From: an uncultured Gammaproteobacteria bacterium
Lineage (GTDB): Bacteria > Patescibacteriota > Patescibacteriia > Magasanikbacterales > UBA922
Reading direction: 5' to 3'
Length of the DNA: 64,000 bases
Assembly: GCA_964612105.1 (NCBI GenBank)
Contig: CAZTEU010000001.1
Location: forward strand, 4,047-68,046
A program made the translations under genes and the position numbers. The notes under the pieces are model-generated. The model was not told the origin of the DNA, did not search any database, and worked only from the letters and a program-made list of their open reading frames with translations. Each line of letters opens with the position of its first letter. Position 1 is the first letter of the stretch. Shown piece after piece: positions 39,514 through 49,588 of the stretch.

Positions 39514-40605
39514 ATGTCCAAAGACTACTATAAAATTTTAGGCGTAGAAAAAAAAGCAACTCAAGAAGAAATTAAAAAGACTTTCAGAAAACTGGCTCAC
39601 AAATATCATCCAGACAAAAAAACAGGTGATGAGGCAAAGTTCAAGGAAGTAAATGAGGCTTACCAAGTTCTTGGGGACGAAAAGAAGCGCCAGCAATACG
39701 ACCAGTTTGGATCTAACTTTGACCAACAAGGTGGTTTTGGTGGTGGAATGGGCTGGGATGACTTCATGCGTGCAACAAGAGGTGGAGGAGGCTTCTCTGG
39801 TAATTTTGGTGGTGTAGATTTAGGGGATATATTTGGTGATATATTTGGATTTGGTGGACGCTCACGTGGAAACCGTAAAGCAAGAGGTCGTGATATACAA
39901 GTGGATGTTGAGATAGATTTCAAAGATGCTGTGTATGGCACAGAAAAACAAATACATCTTGCAAAACACAATGCTTGTAATGACTGTAATGGAAGTGGTG
40001 GACAGCCAGGATCTGGAACAGAAACGTGTAAAGAATGTAATGGACAGGGGCAAGTTATGCGTGTTCAGAGGACAATACTTGGTGCCATGCAGACAGCAAG
40101 TGCCTGCACAAGCTGTAGCGGAAGAGGACAAATAATTAAAGAAAAATGCAAAAAGTGCAACGGGCATGGTGCATTACGAGAAAATACAGAGATAAGTATA
40201 AAGATTCCAGCAGGGATAGATGATGGACAGTCCATTAGACTATCAGGAAAAGGGGAGTACCCTGGACAAGGCGGTGTGGCTGGAGATTTATATGTGCAAA
40301 TTCATGTAAAGGCAGACAAAAAGTTTAAACGCGATGGTTATGATATATTAAGCGAAACGACAATTTCATATCCACAAGCTGTTTTGGGTGACCAGATAAA
40401 AATACAAACAGTAGATGGTGAAAAAACACTTGTCATTCCTGCAGGAACCCAATCTCATCAGAAGTTTAGACTAAAAGATCTTGGGGTGACACACCTAAAT
40501 GGAAGTAGTCGTGGTAGTCAGTACATTACAGTTGTAGTGGATGTGCCCAAGAAAGTAAATAAAAAGACAAGAAAGTTGATTGAGGAATTAAAAAAAGAAA
40601 TATAA
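39514..40605 (+). CDS. dnaJ: Chaperone DnaJ
   Basis: J domain with HPD, G/F region, four CxxCxGxG. Confidence 0.97.
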   Translation: MSKDYYKILGVEKKATQEEIKKTFRKLAHKYHPDKKTGDEAKFKEVNEAYQVLGDEKKRQQYDQFGSNFDQQGGFGGGMGWDDFMRATRGGGGFSGNFGGVDLGDIFGDIFGFGGRSRGNRKARGRDIQVDVEIDFKDAVYGTEKQIHLAKHNACNDCNGSGGQPGSGTETCKECNGQGQVMRVQRTILGAMQTASACTSCSGRGQIIKEKCKKCNGHGALRENTEISIKIPAGIDDGQSIRLSGKGEYPGQGGVAGDLYVQIHVKADKKFKRDGYDILSETTISYPQAVLGDQIKIQTVDGEKTLVIPAGTQSHQKFRLKDLGVTHLNGSSRGSQYITVVVDVPKKVNKKTRKLIEELKKEI

Positions 40606-40723
40606 ACAATAATTATTGGATTATCCACAGATGATACAGAATTTTAGCAGTTAAATGAGTGCAACTTCACTCATTTTTTGATAATATAAATACAACTTCA
40701 ACCCATAACCGGAGACCTACTCC

Positions 40724-40918
40724 ATGCCACCAGGACTAGTAAGAGACTACTCGTTCAGACCAACAGCAATGCACAGGAAGTGCATGATGCAGGGATGTCG
40801 AGGATCTCGAGGGGGGTGTGTGCATTGCAGACACACTGGCTTCAAGCTTTCAAAGTCGGAGATTCGAGAGATCGATAATTCCGAACGGAGAAGCAGAAGG
40901 CGGCGTCGAATGCGCTAG
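40724..40918 (+). CDS. Small GC-rich Cys/Arg-rich protein (possible zinc finger)
   Basis: GGAG SD upstream; CMMQGC...CVHC; poly-Arg tail. Confidence 0.5.
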   Translation: MPPGLVRDYSFRPTAMHRKCMMQGCRGSRGGCVHCRHTGFKLSKSEIREIDNSERRSRRRRRMR

Positions 40919-41040
40919 ACCCATGGTTCCAGGCAAAAACAACTAGTGGGGTTGAAGATGCAAAAGGACATTGTTTCGACCCCGACCTTTTACTTTGATT
41001 ACTCAATGTAAAAGTTAGGGGATAGGTCGAAGCAAACATA

Positions 41041-41066
41041 AAAGAACCCGGTTGGGTTCTTTTTTT
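41041..41066. terminator. Bidirectional intrinsic terminator
   Basis: AAAGAACCC-GGTT-GGGTTCTTT TTTT. Confidence 0.75.
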
Positions 41067-42567
41067 ACATGAATTTTGGTAGCTTTAGTCTGTGGAACAC
41101 CCTGTACAGTATAGTTATGGTGCGATCGAATATATTTGGAGGTTTCATAATATATGTAGCAGAAAATACTACAAATAGTAGTCCAAACACGTGAAATAAT
41201 GCAGGTGCTGTAATGTTCATAACTAGAAAACTTACCAGCCCTGCCAATAAACCAACATAAAAATCATGGTAATCAGCAACAGACCTAGTTTTCTGTATTA
41301 ATTGAAAGGCTAGTAGTAGCAATATAACTATGTATGTTCCGGCACCAAGCAGTCCAAGTTCTGTCCACATTTCTAAATACCCCCAATCAAACTGATTTGT
41401 TTCTTTAAGCTCGAGTGTAGAAGGGTCTGTATACTTTACTGTTGCACCAAGTCCATGACCAAAGAAAGGTCTTTCTTCAATCTTTCTCAAGATTGGATCT
41501 AGTAGTGTCATGCGTATGTTAGAACTTGTCTCGATTGTTGGAGAGGAAATACTCAATAACCTTACCCCAAACAATTGCCAACCTGTAGAGGTAAGATTGC
41601 TAGCGACAAGGCTTATACATGTGAAAGAGGCAATAAGTAGAACTATTAAAAATGCACACTCTTTTATCCACTCAATGATCTTATGTTTCCATAATAGAAC
41701 TATAAGCCCAGCACCAAGAGCAAGGAAATAACCACGTGAAAGATTAAGTGCAAGTACTAACATGCAAGAGAACAGCAAATATCTCCACAATGTGTGGTGC
41801 TTTTCATCACGCATTAGTAGTGATGCTATGATTAGTGAGATAGGAACCATTAATAGATGTTCCGGTAGAACTACCCTAAAAAAACCATTACCCATATCTG
41901 TAATTTTACCCATTGATATGTTTCTCAACCATGCATAGAAATCACCATGTATAGAAGCTAAATCAGCTGAGAATGTTATAAATATTATAAGTGATAATAT
42001 AGCCGACCCAATGATGAATACAGTTAGTAATCTTACAAGATATTCATGTGAGTCTTCCTCCTGAAACAGATGATATGCTGGTAGTAATAAGATTAAATAC
42101 ATGTATGGAACAATGTCTTGCGCTATGTTAATGACATTGTGTCCATTCCAAAAACCAAGTCCAATAGCTACTATTAAAAATATGAAAAACGGAAACCCTA
42201 TATAATAAGCACTATTACGTATATGTAACCTCTCCCTGAGATTTTTATTTGCAAGTGTTTGTGATGCCCAAAGCATCAAAAATATAATTGTAAGTACACT
42301 CCTTAAAGATAGTCCCAATAAATCAAGAAAATGCCCAGCTCCACCAAGTAGTATTTCACCAATAAGGACGTACCAAGCCCACTTTGGATTTTCATAATAC
42401 AAAATTCCGAAAGCCATTATTACAAGGAACATGAGTATTCCCTGTGCAATAGGATGATCTACAATAAACCAGGATAGTAATCTTAACCCAAAAAAAGCAA
42501 AAAACAGCCAAAGCGTCTGCCTATCAAAAAAAATAGATTTGGATGTAAGCCTAAATTGATAAAACAT
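41065..42567 (-). CDS. O-antigen ligase (Wzy_C)-family membrane protein
   Basis: Many TM; SRG; PFFGHGLG; YLEMWTELGLLG. Confidence 0.75.
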   Translation of the reverse strand: MFYQFRLTSKSIFFDRQTLWLFFAFFGLRLLSWFIVDHPIAQGILMFLVIMAFGILYYENPKWAWYVLIGEILLGGAGHFLDLLGLSLRSVLTIIFLMLWASQTLANKNLRERLHIRNSAYYIGFPFFIFLIVAIGLGFWNGHNVINIAQDIVPYMYLILLLPAYHLFQEEDSHEYLVRLLTVFIIGSAILSLIIFITFSADLASIHGDFYAWLRNISMGKITDMGNGFFRVVLPEHLLMVPISLIIASLLMRDEKHHTLWRYLLFSCMLVLALNLSRGYFLALGAGLIVLLWKHKIIEWIKECAFLIVLLIASFTCISLVASNLTSTGWQLFGVRLLSISSPTIETSSNIRMTLLDPILRKIEERPFFGHGLGATVKYTDPSTLELKETNQFDWGYLEMWTELGLLGAGTYIVILLLLAFQLIQKTRSVADYHDFYVGLLAGLVSFLVMNITAPALFHVFGLLFVVFSATYIMKPPNIFDRTITILYRVFHRLKLPKFM

Positions 42568-42576
42568 GTACGTGCA

Positions 42577-43494
42577 TTAAACTAAAACTGCACCATCAAA
42601 GTTTTTTATTCCATTAGCAAATGTTTCCGCATCCATTTTTGTTTTACCTTCAAGTTGTAACTTTTCAACAAGAATAGATCCATTTGCACAACCAATCTCT
42701 ATTGTACCATGTTTTACACTCACTGCGCCAGGTGAAATAGTCCTTTTTCCTGGTTTTATTTTAAGAAGTTTGATTCTTTTGTCATTCCAAGAAGTCCATA
42801 CTCCAGGCCATGGAGTCAGTGCACGATACTGATTATATATTTCTAAAGCATTTTTATTCCAATCAACTTTTCCGTCCTCACGCACAAATCGCTTACACAC
42901 CTTAGACTCACTGTCATTCTGTGGAATTCTGGTTAACTCACCTCCAATATATTTTAATAGAGTATTTGGTAGTATATTTATTGCTTCGGTTGCCAATTTA
43001 TTTTCTATATCCGAAAACATGTCATTTTCATCTATAGAAACCTTTGACTGCACCAGAATATCCCCGGTGTCCATTCCCTCATCCATAACCATAATTGTGA
43101 TGCCGGTTTCTTTTTCACCATTCAATATTGCTGATTGTATAGGCGATGCCCCTCGATATTTTGGCAATAGAGACGTGTGAACATTTACAACACCATGTTT
43201 TGGAGATTGTAGTATAGAAGTTGGAATCATCTGACCGTATTGCGCAAGTATTGCTATATCGAATTCAGTTGGAAGATTATAATTCTTAATTACTTTTGGC
43301 TGTTCCACTTTTATATTGTGCTTCTCTGCAAGTATTTTTATGGGTGGAGACTGTATTTCCTTTTTTCTTCCTACAGGTTTGTCTGGTTGTGTTATAACTA
43401 AACTAATATTAATTTCTGGACTGTCTATAAGTCCCTCTAAAATTTTTACTGCAAAATTGTGTGTTCCAATGAACACTGCATTTATCTTTCGCAT
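42577..43494 (-). CDS. fmt: Methionyl-tRNA formyltransferase
   Basis: TQPDKPVGR, NVHTSLLPKYRGASPI, GMDTGD. Confidence 0.95.
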   Translation of the reverse strand: MRKINAVFIGTHNFAVKILEGLIDSPEINISLVITQPDKPVGRKKEIQSPPIKILAEKHNIKVEQPKVIKNYNLPTEFDIAILAQYGQMIPTSILQSPKHGVVNVHTSLLPKYRGASPIQSAILNGEKETGITIMVMDEGMDTGDILVQSKVSIDENDMFSDIENKLATEAINILPNTLLKYIGGELTRIPQNDSESKVCKRFVREDGKVDWNKNALEIYNQYRALTPWPGVWTSWNDKRIKLLKIKPGKRTISPGAVSVKHGTIEIGCANGSILVEKLQLEGKTKMDAETFANGIKNFDGAVLV

Positions 43495-43495
43495 A

Positions 43496-43999
43496 TTATA
43501 CAGATACAGCAGGCTTCTTATCTGACGGATCCACTGTGTACACATCCTTTGCTTTATCTACAAACAGAATTCCATCAAGGTGATCTACTTCATGTTGAAC
43601 AACTCTTGCAAAGAAGTTTTTTGCTACAAATGTAATCTCTTTTCCTTCTTTGTCTAGTGCACTCACTGTAATGTCTTTATATCTTTTTACTTTTCCATAA
43701 GTATATGGAACAGATAAGCAACCTTCGGCATCCCACACAGTTTTACGGCTGTTCTTCTCCCACACCGGATTAAATAAAACTAAATCTTTCTTTAGGCTTT
43801 TATCTGCCTCTTTTCCAATAATACACAATCTAATATTCTTTCCAACTTGTGGAGCAGCAAGACCAACGCCATCATCTTCATACATTGTTGGTATCATTTT
43901 AGAAATCAGTGTTTGTGTTTCATCAGACAACAAAAAATCACGATCTACCTCTATAGAACGCTCCCTAAGTGATTTTGTTGGTGATTTTAATATTTCCAT
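43496..43999 (-). CDS. def: Peptide deformylase
   Basis: GVGLAAPQVG, EGCLS, QHEVDHLDG. Confidence 0.97.
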   Translation of the reverse strand: MEILKSPTKSLRERSIEVDRDFLLSDETQTLISKMIPTMYEDDGVGLAAPQVGKNIRLCIIGKEADKSLKKDLVLFNPVWEKNSRKTVWDAEGCLSVPYTYGKVKRYKDITVSALDKEGKEITFVAKNFFARVVQHEVDHLDGILFVDKAKDVYTVDPSDKKPAVSV

Positions 44000-44000
44000 T

Positions 44001-45854
44001 TTATCTGTTTAGTAATCCATTTGGGTGCGGATCCACTTTCCAGGCATCTGGTATCATTTCGTTTAGCCAGTTCAGATTACTCTTCCACAAAAGCGCATCC
44101 GATTTAACAACTATAGTATACCAAAACTTTCCTCTGTAGTAACCTGGGTGCATTTCTACAGGATGTAACATCTTAATACTTTTTTTCTCTTTTGTCAATG
44201 CTTGCGATATCTTTTGGTAAATCTTGTTGGTATGTTCTTTTGCTAATTTTGGATTTGCATTTCCATAAAAATATCTAACCAGGTAACTGTAAGGGGGGTA
44301 TAGCAGGGATCTTCTTAGGTTTAAATCTGTCCTATAGAACCTGTCAGGCTCATATATTGACCGGAATAGAATATGATCTGGAGAACTTGTTTGTATAATT
44401 AGTTGGGTATTACTTTTTTTATAATAAGAGAGTGTAGAAAGTATGTGCCAAGCATTTTCTGCTGAATAATACTCTGGAATATGTAATTGTTGGTCAATAT
44501 TCACAATAATAATAGCATCCAACTCATCTAACTTAATTTGAGAAAGTGCTGAGCCTGTCCCTACAAATATTATTGGATTGTCACTTTTTTTTATTTCAAC
44601 ATCTTTATCAACACAAACAACCTCTCTTAGGTCTCCTTTATTTTGTAATTCTCTAACTGTGTGAGCAACCTTCTCTATACCTACACCATGTAATTTCATA
44701 GTACCAAACGTACAGGATGGGCATGATGTATGTAAAGTAGAAATTGTCTTGCAGTAATTACATGAGACTTTTCCTGCTTTATAAAAAATCATGGGTAATT
44801 CACACTGCTTGCACCTGTGAGTGTAGCCACATTTATTACACTTCATAGACGTGGCATATCCCTTTCTATTCATGTACAGAAGTATATTCCCCTGTGTTTC
44901 TCTAATGATATTCTGTGCACGGTTTGAAAGAGGGGAGTAGTTTTGCCCAAATCTCTCAGCATTCATATCTTCCACCTGAGCATTTATGTTTCTAAGTTTT
45001 ATATCCTGCAACTTGTCAAAATACCCCTTATGAATTGCAAAGTATGACTCTAAACTCGGGGAGTAACTCATAAAATGCAGTTTTGCACCATATTCCTCAG
45101 ACAGTATTTTTACTACATCGTGTACATGAAATCTTGGTGCTTGGTCCCAATGCTTGTGCTCCCTGTCATGCTCATAATCAATCACAATGCTATTTATCTC
45201 CTGTAAAGGAAGGAATACAGCACTACGGGTTCCAATTATTACTGAATAATCATTATTCCTAATTCTTATCCAGTTTGTAAATTTGTCTTTTTGAGAAAGT
45301 TCTGAATGCCATAGAACAGTTCTACTTTGCTCTTCTTTTGTAAGTAGATTATATGCAGAGGAGATCTTAGAAATCTCTGGAACAAAAATCAATGTTTTGT
45401 TAGTAACTGTTTTAGAATAGGTAGTCCTGTGTTCATCTTCATCAACATACAGATGGTATGTTGGTAATTTATTTTCAATTAAGTTGTCCGCTGTGCTTTG
45501 AGGGCTATCTGTAATATCAATTTTGCCTAGCTTTCTTTTTTGTAATGGAGGTAGCATCATTCTAGTAATGACAGATGGTGACACTTTGTATAATTTGGAG
45601 AGTGTTTTTATTAGGTATAATTGTCTGACAGACAAAAGCGTACTTTCTTGAACTATACCTAAAATTTCTTTTGTATTATTACTACGCTCTTTCTCTGCAA
45701 AGTCAAAAACAAGTCCTAATATTTGGGACTTGCGAAATGGTATATTTACCAGCTGTCCTTTTTTTATTTTGTTCCTCAGGCTATCTGGAACTCTGTAATC
45801 AAAAAAACTTATGGACGCAGGCAGGCGACGAATTGGAATTACTTGGACAACCAT
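44001..45854 (-). CDS. priA: Primosomal protein N' (PriA), helicase motifs degenerate
   Basis: FDYRVP N-domain, IIGTRSAVF, NRKGYA, Cys-rich CxxC pairs, YPPY. Confidence 0.85.
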   Translation of the reverse strand: MVVQVIPIRRLPASISFFDYRVPDSLRNKIKKGQLVNIPFRKSQILGLVFDFAEKERSNNTKEILGIVQESTLLSVRQLYLIKTLSKLYKVSPSVITRMMLPPLQKRKLGKIDITDSPQSTADNLIENKLPTYHLYVDEDEHRTTYSKTVTNKTLIFVPEISKISSAYNLLTKEEQSRTVLWHSELSQKDKFTNWIRIRNNDYSVIIGTRSAVFLPLQEINSIVIDYEHDREHKHWDQAPRFHVHDVVKILSEEYGAKLHFMSYSPSLESYFAIHKGYFDKLQDIKLRNINAQVEDMNAERFGQNYSPLSNRAQNIIRETQGNILLYMNRKGYATSMKCNKCGYTHRCKQCELPMIFYKAGKVSCNYCKTISTLHTSCPSCTFGTMKLHGVGIEKVAHTVRELQNKGDLREVVCVDKDVEIKKSDNPIIFVGTGSALSQIKLDELDAIIIVNIDQQLHIPEYYSAENAWHILSTLSYYKKSNTQLIIQTSSPDHILFRSIYEPDRFYRTDLNLRRSLLYPPYSYLVRYFYGNANPKLAKEHTNKIYQKISQALTKEKKSIKMLHPVEMHPGYYRGKFWYTIVVKSDALLWKSNLNWLNEMIPDAWKVDPHPNGLLNR

Positions 45855-45855
45855 G

Positions 45856-46647
45856 TTAGAAAACGAACTGTCCTGTAAGATAACCAACCCCAAATGGATG
45901 TTCGTAACACAACAGCTCAAATTTATGGTTCATGTTATGTAGTATGCCAGAACCGATTAGCATGGTGCGATATCCAGTCTGATCTGCATTCTTTATAACA
46001 GATGGCTTTATTAACAGAAGATCTTCTAGCTTGCTTGTCTGCAATGCTTCTATAACAGCCTCATCGAATACCTCACCATCTTCATGATAGCCACCCGGAG
46101 CATCCTCTGTCAATGTGTGAGATAGTACGCTGGAGATTATTACAGCTATTCTTTTTTCAGATGACAGTATTGATTCCTTCAATAATTTACCAAATTTTAC
46201 GTGTTCTTCAGGTGATAAATCACTAAATCCAATGGGTAAAACATGTACATCACTCATTTCTGACGCTAAAAGATGTAGTGGAACAGAACAACCTAAACAT
46301 AGAGGATCTTGAGAATCTAGTTGTACTTTTACATCGTGCTCACTTGCTTCATGAGCTATTTTTGATGCCAGTACAGGCTCTCCTTTCCAACTCTCTGAAA
46401 CATTTACATTACCAAACGAGGAAAAGTCTGTGCTAAACTCTTCATGAGCATTTATTGTAAATGAATTCTCATGTAATCCAGCATGTGGTGATAGCACAAC
46501 AATAACATCTGGCTTAGAAGCTTCTAATTTTTCCTTAAGTGCTGTAATTGCTTCGTGTGTTTTTGTAAGTTTTTCTTGTTGCTCCTTTCCAATTTCTGGA
46601 ATAAGAAGAGGGGAGTGTGGTATTACTGCTGTGAATACAAGTGACAT
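45856..46647 (-). CDS. Memo/LigB-fold protein (AmmeMemoRadiSam B-like)
   Basis: PHSPLLIP, SPH, LSH.L, PFGVGY. Confidence 0.75.
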   Translation of the reverse strand: MSLVFTAVIPHSPLLIPEIGKEQQEKLTKTHEAITALKEKLEASKPDVIVVLSPHAGLHENSFTINAHEEFSTDFSSFGNVNVSESWKGEPVLASKIAHEASEHDVKVQLDSQDPLCLGCSVPLHLLASEMSDVHVLPIGFSDLSPEEHVKFGKLLKESILSSEKRIAVIISSVLSHTLTEDAPGGYHEDGEVFDEAVIEALQTSKLEDLLLIKPSVIKNADQTGYRTMLIGSGILHNMNHKFELLCYEHPFGVGYLTGQFVF

Positions 46648-46649
46648 AA

Positions 46650-48899
46650 TTAGAAATTGTTTACTGCCCAGCGTGCTATGTTTTCTGGTTCATTAAATCT
46701 TATTGAATAATTTGGATTTCCCATAGTAATTATTATAAACTTCTTACCATCTCTATTTCTTTCTACTAGCATCACCAATCCTGCGCCAGCTTCGTCTAGA
46801 TATCCTGTTTTACTTGCGAGAATATTAAATGGCAATCCTGATTTCTTTGTTAATTTGTTACTATTTGTGTCGTAGTGATTTTTTCTTTTATCACTCTCTG
46901 TATATACCTTTTCATATGCGTAGGATGTTGTTCCAAGGTATTTTTTAACATCCGCATTCTTAACAGCCTTTCTAAATATTGTAACGTAATCTCTGGCTGT
47001 AGACTTTGTCTCTAAGCTTTCTCCTGTAACATCTGAGAAGGTTGTGTTGTCTAGCCCCCAATCATCTGCCTGCTTGTTCATTCTCTCTATAAATGCGTTT
47101 CGGTTTGGCTCTACGCTAGACACAGCCATATTTACAGGTGTATTTAGTGACGAAACGAGCATAGCAGAGAGTAGATCTTTGTTCAAGACCTGGTCTCCAA
47201 CACCTATGTTGTATCTGTGATATGTCGCTTTATGCTTGTTTGGGCTATAGCTTACAGAGCTTTGTAACATTAGACCCTCTTTAAAGAGTCTATAAGCTGT
47301 CATAACTTTAGTAAATGATGCAATTGGTCTTACGTCATCTACATTTTTTCCAGCCAATATTTCTCCGGTCTCATAGTCGGCTATAGCATAATTGTTTATC
47401 TGTGTTTCATACTTATTTCCAATATATTTCACTTCTTTTGGGGGAGTACTCCACATCTTTCCATTCTCCACTCTTTCATATGTAATGTTTGATTCTACTT
47501 GTGCAATTTCTGCAGAAGGTACATTTGTATTAATAACCGGACGTTTTAGGTATACTGGTTGACCTGTTTCATGAGCCATTCCTGCAAAGGTATTTATCCA
47601 CACAATATTGTCCCATTTAAATCCTAGACCTGTGAACACGTCTTCAGAAACGATATGCCTCTTTTTACCATGCTCAACAACATATATGCTATTCTCTCCC
47701 TCAATTCCAAATAATGTACCATCTTTTAATAGAACTTTTGGTCCGGAGATAAGTGTTCCTAATGTAATAGCGGAAGCTACCTCAGTCTGCAGTTGTGGGT
47801 AATTTACACTGGCTATACGCTCATCGTAGACTGGGAAGTATTGGTTATCCTTTATGTAATAAAGAGACTGGTTTTCTTTAACACGAACAAGACGACCTTG
47901 TGGATTTGTTGTTGCTGTGATAACTGGACCTTTTGAGTAGTGAGAAATATCTGAGTAGGTTACAGATATAATTTCATCTGGATGATATCCTAACTGACGA
48001 ACCGTATCATTAGACTGGAATGGACGTAACATGTCATCATCTAGTAAATAGTATTTACTACCTTGTTTTAACACTGCATAGTTTGGTAAAGAAATATTTC
48101 TACCTGTCTCATAATTACTTAATTCACTTGTAGGAACCTCAATAATAAGATTCGGATTAAACCTACTTGTTAAGGCAGACATGTTCTTAAATGGATATTT
48201 TATCTTATCCTTTACAAGATAAACAACAGAGTCACCGGTAGCTTTCATAAGAGTCCCATCTGGATACACCTGGTCAAACCACCTCTGCCACAAAGTCCAA
48301 AAATTCTTGTTACCTTGTATATGAGGAGTGTATGTGTATAGGAAAGCTGTGGCATGATTTGCCGGCTGTACAGTATTACCATCTATGGAATATGCAATAT
48401 TAGCTCTCTTTATCCACTTTTCCCTAGTATAGTTATCATAATACCAGCGTATAATTGCTGCCGCACTGTCCACCTGCGTACCCAACCCCCTGTGTTTTTG
48501 TAAACTAGGATCGTTCATGCTACAGCTATCACATATTCCATAACCTGTAGCCCAATCTAATTGTTTTTGTGTAGGAGAATTTTCTGTAACAAGACTCTGC
48601 TCCTTCTGTAGTTTTACAAGAAGATACTTGGGATTAATCCTATGCTCCTTAGATGCTCTAGAAATAATATCTGGGATGTCACGGACATCTCCATCCTTAT
48701 CCGGAACCTTTAGTGTACTAATCGCCCCTCCTTTATCATCCAAAAATGCCTCAATGTCCTCACGATTCATCGAATTATATGCTGTCATCTCTTCATCCGA
48801 GATAAGATAATTGGGATTAAAATCCTCTTCACCAAGAGTAAGAGAGGGAGACAGAACGAGTCCCAAAACCAGAATACTTAAAAAATATTTTGAATTCAT
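46650..48899 (-). CDS. Secreted multidomain protein with C-terminal peptidase S11 (D-Ala-D-Ala carboxypeptidase-like)
   Basis: Signal peptide; IASFTK (SxxK), SLN, KTG; N-terminal LQKEQSL/YTYTPH domain. Confidence 0.8.
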   Translation of the reverse strand: MNSKYFLSILVLGLVLSPSLTLGEEDFNPNYLISDEEMTAYNSMNREDIEAFLDDKGGAISTLKVPDKDGDVRDIPDIISRASKEHRINPKYLLVKLQKEQSLVTENSPTQKQLDWATGYGICDSCSMNDPSLQKHRGLGTQVDSAAAIIRWYYDNYTREKWIKRANIAYSIDGNTVQPANHATAFLYTYTPHIQGNKNFWTLWQRWFDQVYPDGTLMKATGDSVVYLVKDKIKYPFKNMSALTSRFNPNLIIEVPTSELSNYETGRNISLPNYAVLKQGSKYYLLDDDMLRPFQSNDTVRQLGYHPDEIISVTYSDISHYSKGPVITATTNPQGRLVRVKENQSLYYIKDNQYFPVYDERIASVNYPQLQTEVASAITLGTLISGPKVLLKDGTLFGIEGENSIYVVEHGKKRHIVSEDVFTGLGFKWDNIVWINTFAGMAHETGQPVYLKRPVINTNVPSAEIAQVESNITYERVENGKMWSTPPKEVKYIGNKYETQINNYAIADYETGEILAGKNVDDVRPIASFTKVMTAYRLFKEGLMLQSSVSYSPNKHKATYHRYNIGVGDQVLNKDLLSAMLVSSLNTPVNMAVSSVEPNRNAFIERMNKQADDWGLDNTTFSDVTGESLETKSTARDYVTIFRKAVKNADVKKYLGTTSYAYEKVYTESDKRKNHYDTNSNKLTKKSGLPFNILASKTGYLDEAGAGLVMLVERNRDGKKFIIITMGNPNYSIRFNEPENIARWAVNNF

Positions 48900-49071
48900 A
48901 ACAAAATTTATTTGTATTAATTATACCATATTATAATAAATAACATTAACTGGATAAAATAACTATTATTTAACTTTGTCCACGACAAGCTATGTGCTAT
49001 CCTTGTAGTAGGAAACGAACAGCTCTCATTAAGGATATGGGGGTGATACACAACCAAAACAGGGGGAACCG

Positions 49072-49422
49072 ATGGGACATAAAAAACCTGAGTCAGACTT
49101 CGACCTTCATTTTGTAACAGCCTCTCCATTTCAAAAGTGGCTGGACAAGATAAACCCAGAAACTGCATTGTTGTTGGCAACCTTTTGGAACTGTATGATG
49201 GTAGTCATCTTATCTGCACCTCTCATCTGGGTAACCACTGACATGGATATGAGCTCTTCCATCGTATACGTTGCGGAGTATTGGTCTGAGTTTGCCCTCT
49301 TTATGATTGCGGCATTGGCACAACTCGCTATTCTCCTCATAGCAATGATTTCGTCTGTTCTGGCCTTCTCTGGACTTCTTTATCTGCTCGATAGGGTGTG
49401 CATGCGCTGTTCCAAATCCTGA
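49072..49422 (+). CDS. GC-richer orphan membrane protein (2 TM)
   Basis: AGGGGG SD-like element; downstream long hairpin and terminator. Confidence 0.55.
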   Translation: MGHKKPESDFDLHFVTASPFQKWLDKINPETALLLATFWNCMMVVILSAPLIWVTTDMDMSSSIVYVAEYWSEFALFMIAALAQLAILLIAMISSVLAFSGLLYLLDRVCMRCSKS

Positions 49423-49588
49423 GTCCTCTCCGACCTACGGTCGTTGTACGCCGAACTGATTCGCTTCATGCGACAGCCAAGCGTCATGCGTGGGTCGGAA
49501 CAGTTCAAAAAAACACCAACAATGGTGTTTTTTTGTTTTATGCTCGTATTTACTTGATTTTTTAGCCAAATTTGTTACTATTAGTACT

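Noticed and set aside
20298-49499. Long hairpins as integron attC sites
   Set aside because: No clear RYYYAAC/GTTRRRY ends seen, cassettes are not arrayed and no integrase is in the window.
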